Source: an uncultured Dorea sp. (GTDB lineage: Bacteria; Bacillota; Clostridia; Lachnospirales; Lachnospiraceae). From it: 64,000 nt of DNA. The translations under genes were made by a program, and so were the position numbers. Positions 1 through 11,407 of this stretch are shown here, piece after piece. A model generated the notes under the pieces. That model saw only the letters and a list, made by a program, of their open reading frames with translations, searched no databases and had not been told where the DNA came from. The stretch spans positions 1,400-65,399 of the forward strand of contig URTM01000014.1 of the NCBI GenBank assembly GCA_900550865.1, in the 5' to 3' direction. How positions within the stretch are numbered: the stretch's first letter is position 1; each line of letters starts with the position of its first letter.

Positions 1-1032
1 AGCTTTTGCTGTTCTCTTACCATTACGTGTCTGTAACATGTACAGTTTACCATGCTCTACAGTAAACTCCATGTCCTGCATATCTCTATAGTGTTTTTCA
101 AGAGTTTCACAAACCTGTTTGAACTGTACGAATGCTTCTGGGAATTTCTCTTCCATTTCTGAAATGTGCATTGGTGTACGAACGCCGGCAACTACGTCTT
201 CTCCCTGTGCATTTGTAAGGAATTCTCCGAACAGACCGTTCTCTCCTGTAGCTGGGTCACGAGTAAACGCAACACCTGTACCACAGTCATCTCCCATGTT
301 ACCAAATGCCATCATCTGTACGTTAACAGCTGTTCCCCATGAATATGGGATATCATTGTCACGACGATATACGTTAGCTCTTGGGTTGTCCCATGAACGG
401 AATACAGCTTTTATTGCTTCCATTAACTGTTCCTTCGGATCAGATGGGAAATCAGAACCAATCTTCTCTTTGTATTCAGCCTTGAACTGGTTAGCCAGCT
501 CTTTCAGGTCTTCTGCAGTAAGTTCAACGTCCTGCTTAACACCTCTGTCAGCTTTCATCTTGTCGATCAGCTCTTCGAAATATTTCTTTCCAACTTCCAT
601 AACTACGTCAGAGAACATCTGGATGAATCTTCTGTAGCAGTCCCAAGCCCAACGAGGATTTCCTGAAGCTTCAGCAAGTGTCTCAACTACTTCTTCATTT
701 AATCCAAGGTTCAGGATTGTATCCATCATACCAGGCATAGAAGCTCTTGCTCCAGAACGAACTGAAACGAGAAGTGGATTCTTCTTATCTCCGAATTTCT
801 TTCCTGTAATTCCTTCCATTTTATCGATGGCTTCCATGATCTGACCCATAATTTCGTCATTGATCTGTCTGCCGTCTTCGTAGTACTGTGTACAAGCTTC
901 TGTTGTTACAGTGAAGCCCTGTGGTACTGGAAGACCTAAGTTTGTCATTTCAGCAAGGTTTGCACCTTTTCCACCAAGAAGGTTTCTCATGGTTGCGTTA
1001 CCTTCTGTAAACATATAAACCCATTTTGCCAT
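1..1032 (-). CDS. ppdK: Pyruvate, phosphate dikinase (N-terminal part; continues past window start)
   Basis: Absent from the ORF track. Manual translation from ATG at 1032 gives [47 protein letters not shown], the PPDK N-terminus; AGGAGG upstream. Confidence 0.95.
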   Translation of the reverse strand, partial: MAKWVYMFTEGNATMRNLLGGKGANLAEMTNLGLPVPQGFTVTTEACTQYYEDGRQINDEIMGQIMEAIDKMEGITGKKFGDKKNPLLVSVRSGARASMPGMMDTILNLGLNEEVVETLAEASGNPRWAWDCYRRFIQMFSDVVMEVGKKYFEELIDKMKADRGVKQDVELTAEDLKELANQFKAEYKEKIGSDFPSDPKEQLMEAIKAVFRSWDNPRANVYRRDNDIPYSWGTAVNVQMMAFGNMGDDCGTGVAFTRDPATGENGLFGEFLTNAQGEDVVAGVRTPMHISEMEEKFPEAFVQFKQVCETLEKHYRDMQDMEFTVEHGKLYMLQTRNGKRTAKA

Positions 1033-1076
1033 TTGTCATGACCTCCTAAAACTAAATTTTCTAAGTCGCACTTCAT

Positions 1077-1105
1077 ATTTTACTGTTTTTACCAGTTTTC
1101 GTCAA
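1077..1105 (-). promoter_or_regulatory. Sigma-A-type promoter for ppdK
   Basis: TTGACG-17 nt-TAAAAT on the minus strand. Confidence 0.6.
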
Positions 1106-1208
1106 GACTTTCACCAATAAATCTGCCGATTTTTCCCTGGAATTTCGGGCATTCTGCACAATCATCTAAATTTTAGTACATTCAAGTACTAATATGCGAC
1201 TTAATTTT

Positions 1209-2597
1209 CTAAATATTACGTAAAAACGACTTATATCCTCTGTATGCCTCGTATACATCTGCCTTACTTGTAACTTCCCATGGTGCATGCATACTCAGCA
1301 CTGCAACTCCGCTGTCGATGACTTCCATACCATAATTTGCCATGATATATGCAATTGTTCCGCCTCCGCCGAGATCTACTTTTCCAAGTTCTGCGAACTG
1401 ATAGGATACATCTTCTGCATTCATTGCACGGCGTACTTCTGCCAGATATTCTGCATTAGCATCATTCGAGCCGCTCTTGCCTCTTGCACCGGTAAATTTA
1501 TTGAATACCAGCCCTCTTCCGAAGAATGCGGCACTTCTCTTTTCAAATGCTTCTGCATACATCGGATCGTAAGCTGCACTTACATCGGAAGAAAGCATTC
1601 TGGAATTCTGAAGTGCACGACGTACTTTCAGTTCTGATTCTCCGTCTGTCAGAGCTACCAGTTCTGCCACAACATTTTCAAAGAAACGGGAATGCATACC
1701 GGTTGCACCAACACTTCCGATCTCTTCTTTGTCAACCAGGATGCAGCATGAAGTACGCTCCGCTTCTTTGACATCCAGCATGGCGAATAATGAGGTAAAT
1801 GCACACACTCTGTCATCCTGTCCGTAAGCCAGTATCATACTTCTGTCAATTCCACAATCTCTGGCCTTCCCTGCAGGTACGATCTCCAGTTCTGCCGACA
1901 GGAAATCTTCTTCTTCCATGTCATAATACTCTGTCAGGATCTTCATGACATTTGCTTTTACTGCTTCTTTCTCACTCTCATCCAGTCCTTCTTCTTTCTC
2001 AAGCGGACGGCTTCCGATCAGAAGATCCAGTTTCTCACCTTCGATTACCGTGCTTGCTTTCTTCTCCATCTGTTTTCCGGCCAGGTGAATCAGCAGATCT
2101 GTAACTACGAATACCGGATCATCCTCTTTTTCTCCGATATTTACTTTCTGGACAGTCCCGTCTGTCTTAACGATCACTCCATGAAGTGCCAGTGGAAGTG
2201 TCACCCACTGATATTTCTTGATTCCGCCATAATAGTGGGTATCCAGATAAGCAAGATCTTCATTTTCATATAACGGATTCTGTTTTACATCAATTCTTGG
2301 TGAATCAATGTGTGCTCCGAGAATATTCATACCATTTTCCAGCGGTTCTTTTCCGATCTGGAACATTGCAATACTTTTTCCCATACATACTGCATAGACC
2401 TTATCTCCCGCTTTTAAGCTGCCTTTGATATCTTTCAGATTGCGGTAACCCTTCTTCTCAATCTCTTTTACCGTTAGGCGGACGCATTCTCTTTCTGTCT
2501 TTCCTTCATCCAGGCATACTTTATATCTGTCATTGATCTGATCCAGTTCTTTTAACTGTTCCGGTGTGTACGTCTTCCATGCATTTCTTCTTTCCAT
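1209..2597 (-). CDS. apeA: M18-family aminopeptidase
   Basis: GAHIDSP, GQDDR, DKEEIGS and SMHAP metal-ligand motifs. Confidence 0.88.
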   Translation of the reverse strand: MERRNAWKTYTPEQLKELDQINDRYKVCLDEGKTERECVRLTVKEIEKKGYRNLKDIKGSLKAGDKVYAVCMGKSIAMFQIGKEPLENGMNILGAHIDSPRIDVKQNPLYENEDLAYLDTHYYGGIKKYQWVTLPLALHGVIVKTDGTVQKVNIGEKEDDPVFVVTDLLIHLAGKQMEKKASTVIEGEKLDLLIGSRPLEKEEGLDESEKEAVKANVMKILTEYYDMEEEDFLSAELEIVPAGKARDCGIDRSMILAYGQDDRVCAFTSLFAMLDVKEAERTSCCILVDKEEIGSVGATGMHSRFFENVVAELVALTDGESELKVRRALQNSRMLSSDVSAAYDPMYAEAFEKRSAAFFGRGLVFNKFTGARGKSGSNDANAEYLAEVRRAMNAEDVSYQFAELGKVDLGGGGTIAYIMANYGMEVIDSGVAVLSMHAPWEVTSKADVYEAYRGYKSFLRNI

Positions 2598-2719
2598 TGT
2601 CAGTCTCTCCTTTCAAGTTTACGCTGTGTTTAGTATAACACAAAAAAGAAAATGGTACGCACCACTTTTCATAAATGCTACGTACCATTTTTTCTCATCT
2701 TTTATTTATTTTTATCCGG

Positions 2720-3922
2720 TTATTTATTTAATCCCATCTCTTCTCTTACTTCAATAAAGCATTTTACGATGAAATCAATATCTTCTTTTGTATGGCTTGC
2801 ACATACCTGTGTACGGATTCTTGCTTTTCCCTTCGGTACAACCGGGTAAGAGAATGCTACAACATATACACCTTTTTCCATCATGTGTTTTGCGAATTCT
2901 GCTGCTGTCTTCTCATCATAGAGCATAACAGGTACGCATGGATGTGTTCCCGGAATAATATCAAATCCGTTATCTACCAGCTGTTTTCTGTAGTATGCAG
3001 TTACCTCTTCCAGGTGATCACGAAGTTCTGTACTCTCCTCCAGCATGTCAAACAGTTCCAGGCTGGCTCCTGCAATTGCCGGTGCCAGAGAGTTAGAGAA
3101 CAGGTACGGACGGCTTCTCTGTCTTAACAGATCAATGATCTCTTTCCGTCCGGATGTATATCCGCCGGATGCTCCTCCAAGCGCTTTTCCCAATGTTCCG
3201 GTAATGATATCCACACGGCCTTCCACACCACAGTACTCTGCTGTTCCGCGTCCGGTCTTTCCTACAAATCCAACTGCATGGCTGTCATCAACCATAACCA
3301 GTGCGTTATATTTATCAGCCAGATCACATACACCTTTTAAATTACAGATGATTCCATCCATAGAAAATACACCATCTGTAGCGATCAGCTTAATTCTTGC
3401 TCCGGCTTCATCTGCTTCTTTTAATTTTGCTTCCAGATCTTCCATATCGTTATTCTTATAGCGGAAACGTTTTGCTTTACAAAGACGTACTCCGTCAATG
3501 ATAGAAGCATGATTCAGTTCATCACTGATAACTGCATCTTCTGCTGTCAGAATTGTCTCGAATAATCCTCCGTTTGCATCGAAGCATGAAGAATAAAGGA
3601 TTGTATCGTCTGTTCCCAGGAATCCGGAGATCTTTTTCTCCAGTTTCTTATGAATGTCCTGTGTTCCGCAGATAAAACGTACAGATGCAACTCCGTATCC
3701 TTTTTCATCATATGTTCTCTTAGCTGCCTCGATCAGTCTCGGGTTATCCCCCAGTCCAAGGTAGTTATTCGCACACATACAAAGAAGTTCTCTTCCGTCT
3801 TCCATCTTCACTCTTGCTCCCTGCGGGGATACAAAAGGTGCCTCTCCTTTGAAAAGCCCGGCTTCTTTGATTCCTTCTACTTCTTTTGTATAAATGCTTA
3901 AAATATCGTCTTTACGTGCCAT
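2720..3922 (-). CDS. kbl: Glycine C-acetyltransferase (2-amino-3-ketobutyrate CoA ligase)
   Basis: [39 protein letters not shown] motif; adjacent to tdh. Confidence 0.95.
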   Translation of the reverse strand: MARKDDILSIYTKEVEGIKEAGLFKGEAPFVSPQGARVKMEDGRELLCMCANNYLGLGDNPRLIEAAKRTYDEKGYGVASVRFICGTQDIHKKLEKKISGFLGTDDTILYSSCFDANGGLFETILTAEDAVISDELNHASIIDGVRLCKAKRFRYKNNDMEDLEAKLKEADEAGARIKLIATDGVFSMDGIICNLKGVCDLADKYNALVMVDDSHAVGFVGKTGRGTAEYCGVEGRVDIITGTLGKALGGASGGYTSGRKEIIDLLRQRSRPYLFSNSLAPAIAGASLELFDMLEESTELRDHLEEVTAYYRKQLVDNGFDIIPGTHPCVPVMLYDEKTAAEFAKHMMEKGVYVVAFSYPVVPKGKARIRTQVCASHTKEDIDFIVKCFIEVREEMGLNK

Positions 3923-3988
3923 TTTCTCAACCTCTCCATTTTTATTCTGTCTTTTTCCCTTTTTCCTGCTTTGTTCCGTGCACTCTTC

Positions 3989-5050
3989 TTAGTCATTTAC
4001 ATGTGCCCAGTCCAGAATGACTTTTCCCGAATTACCGGAGATCATAGCGTCAAATCCTTTCTGGAAATCTTTGATGTCAAAATGATGTGTGATGATATCT
4101 GAGATATCGAGTCCTGCCTGTAACATCGTAGACATCTTGTACCATGTATCCCATACTTTACGTCCATAGATTCCTTTCAGATGTAATCCGTTGAAAATTA
4201 CTGTCTCAAGATCTACTTTGGCATCTGTTCTCTGTAATCCTAACAGTGCAATGTGTCCGCCGTGCTTCATATTGTGGATCATATCATCCAATGCCACCTG
4301 TGATCCGGACATCTCAAGACCGACATCAAATCCTTCTGTCATTCCGATCTCTTTTATGACATCTTTCAGATTCTCTTCTTTTAAGTTAACTGTTCTTGTT
4401 GCTCCCAGCTTCTTCGCAAGTTCCAGTCTGTATGGATTCATATCTGTTACCACAACATGTCTTGCACCCGAGAACTTCACGATTGCTGCTGCCATACATC
4501 CGATCGGGCCTGCTCCGGCGATCAGCACATCCTCCCCAAGTGCTTCAAAAGAAAGTGCTGTATGTGTTGCATTTCCAAATGGATCAAAGATTGCATACAT
4601 CTCTTCCGGAATGTTCGGATTACATGGCCATACGTTACTTGACGGAATCACAAGATATTCCGCAAATGCTCCGTTACGGTTCACGCCGACACCTTTCGCA
4701 TCCTTACAGTTCTCCTTGTGTCCTTCCAGACAGTTACGGCATTTTCCACATGTAATATGTCCTTCACCGGATACCAGATCACCGATCTTGAACCCCTGTA
4801 CACCTTCCCCTTTTTCTACAATCTCTCCAACATACTCATGACCTGCTGTAAGGCCGATTGGAATCGTATGCTGTGCCCAGTCATTCCACTGATAGATATG
4901 TACATCCGTTCCACAGATTGCTGTCTTGTGGATCTTGATCTTCACATCATTCGGTCCTACTTCCGGAATCGGAACACGCTTCATCCACAGTCCTTCCTCC
5001 GGTTTTTCCTTTACCAGTGCCCACATCAAACCATCATTATTTAATTGCAT
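3989..5050 (-). CDS. tdh: L-threonine 3-dehydrogenase
   Basis: [19 protein letters not shown] zinc motifs, GAGPIG, GIYGR. Start moved to ATG 5050 (GGGAGG upstream). Confidence 0.95.
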   Translation of the reverse strand: MQLNNDGLMWALVKEKPEEGLWMKRVPIPEVGPNDVKIKIHKTAICGTDVHIYQWNDWAQHTIPIGLTAGHEYVGEIVEKGEGVQGFKIGDLVSGEGHITCGKCRNCLEGHKENCKDAKGVGVNRNGAFAEYLVIPSSNVWPCNPNIPEEMYAIFDPFGNATHTALSFEALGEDVLIAGAGPIGCMAAAIVKFSGARHVVVTDMNPYRLELAKKLGATRTVNLKEENLKDVIKEIGMTEGFDVGLEMSGSQVALDDMIHNMKHGGHIALLGLQRTDAKVDLETVIFNGLHLKGIYGRKVWDTWYKMSTMLQAGLDISDIITHHFDIKDFQKGFDAMISGNSGKVILDWAHVND

Positions 5051-5326
5051 ATTATATGACCTCCCAAAAACACCATCTCCCCAGATGGCAATCTCTTTAT
5101 TAACAATGGTTATTATACCACTCTTACTGCATATGCACAACCTCTAAACGATATTTTTTTGTTTAATATGACAATTTTTTCACATACTTTTTTCTTTTTC
5201 TTGTCATTTTGCACTAAAAATAATATTTACTTTCCTGCTCTTTTCCTGTATAATCTTAACTATGCTTGCGAAAAGCAAAAACGAAAGAGAGGGGTGCAGG
5301 ATTCAAAAGGTCCTGCCACAAAAACT

Positions 5327-6547
5327 ATGAAAAATTTAATCAAAAAATGGAACAGCATCAGCCTCATCAAACGAATCATCTGCGGACTGATCATTGGTCT
5401 GATCCTTGGTCTTGTTGTTCCTCAGGCATCCGTAATCTCGATTCTCGGAACCATGTTCGTCGGAGCTCTGAAAGGAATCGCTCCGCTTCTGGTATTCTTC
5501 CTGGTTATGAGTGCTCTCTGTCACATGAAGGCCGGTCAGAAGACCAACTTAAAGTTCATTATTATTCTGTACATGGTCGGTAACCTTGTCTCTGCATTTG
5601 TCGCAGTTATTGCCTGTCGGTTATTCCCGGTAACACTGACATTTACAGATTCGGCTTCTTCTACCGACATCACGCCTCCGAGCGGAATCGCAGAAGTGCT
5701 GACTAACCTTTTGAACAATCTCGTTAAGAATCCGGTTGATTCCATTGTCAATGCTAATTACATCGGTATTCTTTTCTGGGCAGTTATTTTCGGAATCGCT
5801 TTAAAACATGCCAATCAGGGAACGAAAGATGCTCTGGAGAACATCTCCGATGCAACTGCAACTGCAGTTCAGTGGATCATTAACTGTGCTCCGTTCGGTA
5901 TCATGGGACTGATCTTTACAACAATCTCAGAACAGGGACTTGACGCATTACTTTCTTATGGAAAGCTGATCCTGGTTCTGGTCGGAAGTATGGCAGTTGT
6001 CATCTTCATCATCAATCCGATCATTGTGTTTATTTTCACAAAGCAGAATCCATTTCCACTGGTATTTACCTGTCTGAAGGAAAGTTTTATCACCGCATTC
6101 TTCACAAGAAGTTCTGCTGCCAACATTCCTGTTAACATGGAACTCTGTAAGAAACTTGGTCTGGACGAAGATACCTACTCTATCTCCATTCCGCTTGGAG
6201 CTACGATCAACATGGCAGGGGCTGCGATCACAATCTCTGTAATGGCTTTATCTACCGCTCATACACTGGATATCCATGTAGATTTCCTTACATCGATCAT
6301 CCTCTGTGTACTTGCTGCATTAAGTGCCGCAGGTGCTTCCGGAGTTGCCGGCGGATCTCTTCTTCTGATCCCTATGGCCTGCAGCCTCTTCGGTGTACCG
6401 AATGATGTTGCCATGCAGGCTGTCGGTGTTGGATTTATCATCGGAGTTATCCAGGATTCCTGTGAGACAGGACTCAATTCTTCATCCGATGTACTTTATA
6501 CAGCCATTGCTGATATCCGTGAAAAGAGACTTCGCGGTCAGAAATAG
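5327..6547 (+). CDS. sstT: Serine/threonine:Na+ symporter (DAACS family)
   Basis: FFTRSSAANIP, PLGATINMAGAA, GASGVAGGSLLLIP, QDSCET. Start uncertain (ATG 5327 or GTG 5294). Confidence 0.9.
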   Translation: MKNLIKKWNSISLIKRIICGLIIGLILGLVVPQASVISILGTMFVGALKGIAPLLVFFLVMSALCHMKAGQKTNLKFIIILYMVGNLVSAFVAVIACRLFPVTLTFTDSASSTDITPPSGIAEVLTNLLNNLVKNPVDSIVNANYIGILFWAVIFGIALKHANQGTKDALENISDATATAVQWIINCAPFGIMGLIFTTISEQGLDALLSYGKLILVLVGSMAVVIFIINPIIVFIFTKQNPFPLVFTCLKESFITAFFTRSSAANIPVNMELCKKLGLDEDTYSISIPLGATINMAGAAITISVMALSTAHTLDIHVDFLTSIILCVLAALSAAGASGVAGGSLLLIPMACSLFGVPNDVAMQAVGVGFIIGVIQDSCETGLNSSSDVLYTAIADIREKRLRGQK

Positions 6548-6550
6548 TAC

Positions 6551-6577
6551 ATAGAAGCTGCCACTGGCAGCTTCTAT
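6551..6577. repeat. REP-like palindrome (member of a dispersed family)
   Basis: ATAGAAGCTGCC-ACT-GGCAGCTTCTAT; related copies at about 30250, 45200, 47447 and 47493. Confidence 0.65.
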
Positions 6578-6586
6578 TCCATATTA

Positions 6587-6639
6587 AAAAATACCGGGAG
6601 TGGAAGAATCTTTCTATTGATTCTTCCACTCCCGTATTT
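6587..6639. terminator. Bidirectional intrinsic terminator between convergent sstT and grdD
   Basis: CGGGAGTGGAAGAATC...GATTCTTCCACTCCCG stem flanked by A and T runs. Confidence 0.75.
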
Positions 6640-6680
6640 ATTCTTATTTTTTCACTCAAACCATTGGATTTTATTATCCT

Positions 6681-7835
6681 TTAATTGATATATCCTGCCT
6701 TTTTAAGCTCCTCTTCTGCCTTTACAAGATTCGCATCAGACACACGGATAATCGGTCCCGTACAGCCCATTCCGCTCTCTGCATAGATGTTCTGCTTCCA
6801 CAGTACTTTCACTGCATCTTCCAGATCCATAACTTCTATTCCCGCAATCTGAGATGTCACGATCTCTTTTGGCGGAGCCTTTACTTCTATTGCGTCCGAT
6901 GCCGGTTTCGACGTCTGTTTTCTTGCCGCCAGGATATCTTTTAAACCGGCTTTGTCTGCTGCTGCAAATTCTTTCTTTGCTATCTCAAATACTTTACTTT
7001 TTACCAGCTCCGCCGCATAACGGATTGCGCCTGCAATCACCGGTGCTCCTGACGCCCTGGATACGATCATGACCAGCTGTTCATAACCATCCCCGATCCC
7101 AGGGCCATAACCATATCCGGATGCTTCAAAGCTGCCTCCTGTTGTGTAGGAAGATAACATCTTCACCATGATATTTCCGGTCAGCGAATCACATACCATA
7201 ATGTCCGGTGTTCCCTGCAGTACATCATTTCCACGCATTACACAACCTCCGTCAGCTCTTGCTGATTCAGCGAACGTAATGTCGTATCCGTTTTTCTCAA
7301 GTTCTTTTAATGCAATCTCCGTCTGGCGTGCGCCATCCACATTCAGAATTCCTACAGTCGGATGCTCCTTACCACACGCCTTTGCAGCTATGATTCCATA
7401 GATCGTATTTTTGATCATTCCTTCAATACGGTCTGCGCTGGAAGTTCCTGTTGTATTGGCAATGAACATCTCTCTTCCCTTCGCCGGAGTCATAACACGT
7501 CCAACCGTCGATACACCGATCGGAAATGGAAAATGCATCGTTACCGCACCGTCTACTTCATGCGATGCAAGCATTTCTTCCATCTTCTTATGACCTTCTT
7601 CATCATCTGCCACCTTCACGGTAGTAACGCCCTCTGCTTCCAGTGTTCCGATATAATATACGTCAATTCCATCTTTTGCTGCCATCTTTGCCGCTTCCAT
7701 GGCATTTTCTTCTCCATGTTCGCTTCCCATTCCGGTCAGTGCAATCCTTGGTTTCTTTCCAAAGTTTCCGGTCTCCAGACCTTCTGCCATCTGCAGAAAT
7801 GTATCTGCAATGATTTTTTCAATCTTATCTGCCAT
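6681..7835 (-). CDS. grdD: Glycine reductase component C, alpha subunit (PlsX-like fold)
   Basis: SEHG, TMHFPFPIGVSTVG, catalytic SGMGCTGP; follows grdC. Confidence 0.95.
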   Translation of the reverse strand: MADKIEKIIADTFLQMAEGLETGNFGKKPRIALTGMGSEHGEENAMEAAKMAAKDGIDVYYIGTLEAEGVTTVKVADDEEGHKKMEEMLASHEVDGAVTMHFPFPIGVSTVGRVMTPAKGREMFIANTTGTSSADRIEGMIKNTIYGIIAAKACGKEHPTVGILNVDGARQTEIALKELEKNGYDITFAESARADGGCVMRGNDVLQGTPDIMVCDSLTGNIMVKMLSSYTTGGSFEASGYGYGPGIGDGYEQLVMIVSRASGAPVIAGAIRYAAELVKSKVFEIAKKEFAAADKAGLKDILAARKQTSKPASDAIEVKAPPKEIVTSQIAGIEVMDLEDAVKVLWKQNIYAESGMGCTGPIIRVSDANLVKAEEELKKAGYIN

Positions 7836-7847
7836 CTTGCACACCCC

Positions 7848-9386
7848 CTATTCAGCCATCAGGGTTGCTGCAAATTCTTTCATCGCCTTTGCGATCAGTC
7901 CCTTTACTTCTTCCTCAGATACACCTGCGGCTTCTTCCTGTGCAGCTGCTGTATTGCCATGAATAACGAATGATACACCATCGAAAAGGTTCGTCATACG
8001 TCCAAGGAACAGGCTTCCTTTTCCGATGATCATTGCATTTTTAATCCTTCCATTCAGGATGTCTTCTCTTGCAAATCCTACGTATGGAACCCCGGAAGGA
8101 ATGTGTCCCTGTGTCGGTGCCCATCCGGTCAGTCCATGTTCTTTGGTAAAGTTTGCAAGTTCTTTTCTGTCCAGTTCGCCTCTCTTAACAGCCAGTGCAC
8201 CGATCATCTTATAGTTGGCAAGCGGTACATCTCCTGCTCCTGCCGGTTTTGTGATATCCGGATTCTGCATCTCCGGTGAGAATTTATCGATATCCGTAAT
8301 CTTCATTCCTGCACGGTCAAGCGGATCTGCTACCAGACTTCCGATTACGTTCTGTGGTGCAGAACCGGTTCCAACACTGTGACGTCCAAGCATTCCAAGA
8401 TCGATCTCCGGATTCACTCCGTCATTCTCAGATACAACAACTGCAAATCCTCCCAAGCAGTCTTCCAGGATCGGAAGTCCTTTCTTTACATGATCTTTTC
8501 CGTTCATACCAAGTTTTGCAGTACAGCCTCCTGCTGTAACGACAACTGTCTTATATGCGCCTGCTTTTACCAGTGCGGCAGCCTCGATCAGTGCATGTGT
8601 CGGTGCTGCACAGAATCCTCTGGCATCTGATCCGGTTGCATTGACAAGACCTGCCACCTCTGCTGCCGCCTTCGCAAAGTTACCGCCGCCTCTCTGGTTC
8701 ATATCCCCGCAAGCTTCTTCCGCACAGTCAATTACATACTCAACATCTGATTTGTCAATTCCTGCGTTCTTCACAGCATAGAGAAGAGCCAGTACGCTGG
8801 AAGCCTTACTCATAAGATTTTCATGCATCACATGAGAAGACAGGTTCCCATCAATGTCATGTGCCGGTTTTACACAGCCCACTAACTGATGTTCAAAATA
8901 TAATGGTTCCGCATGATCTTCGCTGATCAGCGTTTCGATCTCAGAAAGTTCTACCCCTTCATGGATTTTTTCAACTATGTCATCAGAGATCACCGGATCT
9001 TTGGCAAATGCTTCTTTATATTTTTCAACAAATGCTTTGTCCAGTCTCACTACTTCGAACATATCACATGCCTGTACCAGAAGTAAGAATTCTTCTTCCG
9101 GCATGATCTCTCCATATTTTCCGTAACGTTCTGCCCCTTCTTTTTTCTTGTCATAATACGGGAATTCTATTGCGGCAAGTTCATCCGGATGTGCATTACC
9201 GATATAAGTCTGGTTCGGCCAGTAAGACACTGCCTCTTCATAAGAACGGAGATGCTCCGGTACTGCTTTTAAATATTCCGAATCCGGATTCACAACTCTT
9301 TCTGTTGTCTGTGTTGTTCCGTTGTATAAAACCATATCTGGTGTATGTACTAATACATAACTTGCCCCTTTAATTACACTGTTCAT
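7848..9386 (-). CDS. grdC: Glycine reductase component C, beta subunit (FabH-like)
   Basis: EEACGDMNQRGGGNFAKA, KLGMNGKDH, PTQGHIPSGVP. Confidence 0.95.
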   Translation of the reverse strand: MNSVIKGASYVLVHTPDMVLYNGTTQTTERVVNPDSEYLKAVPEHLRSYEEAVSYWPNQTYIGNAHPDELAAIEFPYYDKKKEGAERYGKYGEIMPEEEFLLLVQACDMFEVVRLDKAFVEKYKEAFAKDPVISDDIVEKIHEGVELSEIETLISEDHAEPLYFEHQLVGCVKPAHDIDGNLSSHVMHENLMSKASSVLALLYAVKNAGIDKSDVEYVIDCAEEACGDMNQRGGGNFAKAAAEVAGLVNATGSDARGFCAAPTHALIEAAALVKAGAYKTVVVTAGGCTAKLGMNGKDHVKKGLPILEDCLGGFAVVVSENDGVNPEIDLGMLGRHSVGTGSAPQNVIGSLVADPLDRAGMKITDIDKFSPEMQNPDITKPAGAGDVPLANYKMIGALAVKRGELDRKELANFTKEHGLTGWAPTQGHIPSGVPYVGFAREDILNGRIKNAMIIGKGSLFLGRMTNLFDGVSFVIHGNTAAAQEEAAGVSEEEVKGLIAKAMKEFAATLMAE

Positions 9387-9435
9387 TGGTTATCCACCTT
9401 TCCATTTACCTCAAAATAAATACCCTGAAATTTAG

Positions 9436-9479
9436 AAAAAGGACAGTCCCTGTAGGAACACAACGGACCTGTCCTTTTC
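9436..9479 (-). terminator. Intra-operon stem-loop between grdA and grdC
   Basis: AAAAGGACAGGTCC...GGACTGTCCTTTTT on the minus strand. Confidence 0.6.
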
Positions 9480-9500
9480 ATTCGTATGAGAAACTTCGGA

Positions 9501-9962
9501 CTATAACTGATCTCTGATAGCCTGCATCTCAGAAATGATATCATCAACATCTAATACCATTTCCATCATGCTTACCTGCTCATCATAAACCGCTTCGTCA
9601 AACTCTTCTTTCATCTCTGGTTCGCATACGTGATATACCGTGAGTCCAAGCTGGACCCCTGTCAATGGACCTGCGAAAGTAGGATCGCCTAAAGTTACAG
9701 TCTCAGCTGCAAGACCTGCAGCCTCTCCTTCTGCTGCACCAAGAACTACTACCAAGTTCTCTGCACCATATTCTTCAGCGAATTCTTTTACTCTCTTCTG
9801 GTTTTCCAGATCCATTGCGCCTGCGCTCGTTCAGACGAAACATTCCGTAGATGAGAATACGATCTCAGCACCTGCAGTTTTTACACATTCTGCGATAGCC
9901 GGTCCCGGAATTCCATCACGGTCTCCGATAATTATTGCTTTTTTCCCTTCTAAAATAGCCAT
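9501..9962 (-). CDS. grdA: Glycine reductase selenoprotein A (153 aa, Sec44)
   Basis: Manual translation from ATG 9962: [23 protein letters not shown]...STECFV-TGA(9831-9833)[11 protein letters not shown], in frame with the 104-aa ORF; CxxU motif. Confidence 0.95.
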
Positions 9963-10038
9963 AATTACGATCTCCTTTCTTTTTATTTAAACCTTATCAA
10001 GGTCATTCATCTATGATTTAGAAATTACCTCTCTGGAA

Positions 10039-10356
10039 TCAGATATATTTCTTAATCATTGCTTCAATTGCTTCAGCTGTACAATCATCTTTTACCAGCT
10101 CTTCTACTTTTTCCCCATCTTTATAGATTGCCATTACAGGAAGTCCAAGAACTTTCTGGGCAATTGCAAGACGGCGTGCTTTTGTTGTGTTTAATGATGT
10201 GAATTTGAGCTTATCCCCATAAGTATCTGCAAATTCATGTACCTTCGGCATCAGTGCCTGACAAGGAACGCATCCATCTCCATAAAAGTCAACAAATACA
10301 TAACCTTCTGCTTTTAATACTTCTTCTTCAAACGTAGTCTTATCTACATCTATCAT
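10039..10356 (-). CDS. trxA: Thioredoxin (grd-associated type)
   Basis: GCVPC active site; inside the grd operon. Confidence 0.92.
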   Translation of the reverse strand: MIDVDKTTFEEEVLKAEGYVFVDFYGDGCVPCQALMPKVHEFADTYGDKLKFTSLNTTKARRLAIAQKVLGLPVMAIYKDGEKVEELVKDDCTAEAIEAMIKKYI

Positions 10357-10429
10357 GTCTGTTTTCCTCCTTTTATATAATATTCTTAATCCGGTTAAAC
10401 TCCGGAGTTTCTCCTAAAAGAACATCTCT

Positions 10430-11374
10430 TTAGAAATAATCTGACATGCTTCTTTCAACCTGGACCGCAGCAATCGCACCATCTGCCGCCGCAGTCACTA
10501 CCTGGCGGAGACTCTTTACACGCACATCGCCGGCTGCGTATACACCTGGGATATTGGTATGCATATCTGCATCGGTCTTAATGTATCCTCTTTCATCCAT
10601 GTCAATGACGCCTTCAAAGATCTTTGTATTCGGCACCGTTCCGATAAATCCGAACAGCCCGAACATTCCGTCTTCCGGATCTGCTTCGACTTTTGTTACT
10701 TCTCCGGTCTTAACATTCTTCACATACATTGCCTGAAGGATGTCGTCACCTTCCAGTTCTTCTACGACACTGTCCCACATAAAGAAAAGCTTCGGATTCT
10801 TGAATGCTTTTTCCTGAATTGATTTTGCAGCCCGCAGTTCATCTCTTCTGTGAATGATCGTAACTTTTCTTGCGAATTTTGTCAGATACATAGCCTCTTC
10901 TACCGCGGAATCCCCACCGCCGACTACATATACTTCAAAATCTTCAAAAAAGTTCGCATCACATGTTGCACAATAAGAAACACCTTTTCCCCTAAACTGT
11001 CCTTCTCCTTTGCATCCGATCGGTCTTGCATGTGCGCCCGTTGCAATGATCACATTTTTTCCGCGATATTCATTCTTTTCGCTCTTAAGAACCTTAACCT
11101 CTCCTTCAAGTTCTACTTCTTTGATCATATCGGATACTCTTTTTGCCCCGAATTTTTCTGCCTGCTCTGTCATTCTTGCAATCAGGGATGGTCCGGATTC
11201 CCCTTCTACAATCTGACCCGGATAATTTTCAATCTCGTCAGTAATTGCGATCTGACCTCCATCCTGACCTTTTTCGATGATCAGAACATTGAGCCGGCTT
11301 CTTCCTGCATACAGCCCCGCCGCCAGACCGGCAGGACCTGCACCTAGAATGATAACGTCATAAATCTCACTCAT
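10430..11374 (-). CDS. trxB: Thioredoxin reductase
   Basis: GAGPAG, CATCD, GGGDSA, HRRD. Confidence 0.96.
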   Translation of the reverse strand: MSEIYDVIILGAGPAGLAAGLYAGRSRLNVLIIEKGQDGGQIAITDEIENYPGQIVEGESGPSLIARMTEQAEKFGAKRVSDMIKEVELEGEVKVLKSEKNEYRGKNVIIATGAHARPIGCKGEGQFRGKGVSYCATCDANFFEDFEVYVVGGGDSAVEEAMYLTKFARKVTIIHRRDELRAAKSIQEKAFKNPKLFFMWDSVVEELEGDDILQAMYVKNVKTGEVTKVEADPEDGMFGLFGFIGTVPNTKIFEGVIDMDERGYIKTDADMHTNIPGVYAAGDVRVKSLRQVVTAAADGAIAAVQVERSMSDYF

Positions 11375-11407
11375 TTTACGTTATATCTCCTTCTATATTC
11401 ACATGTA

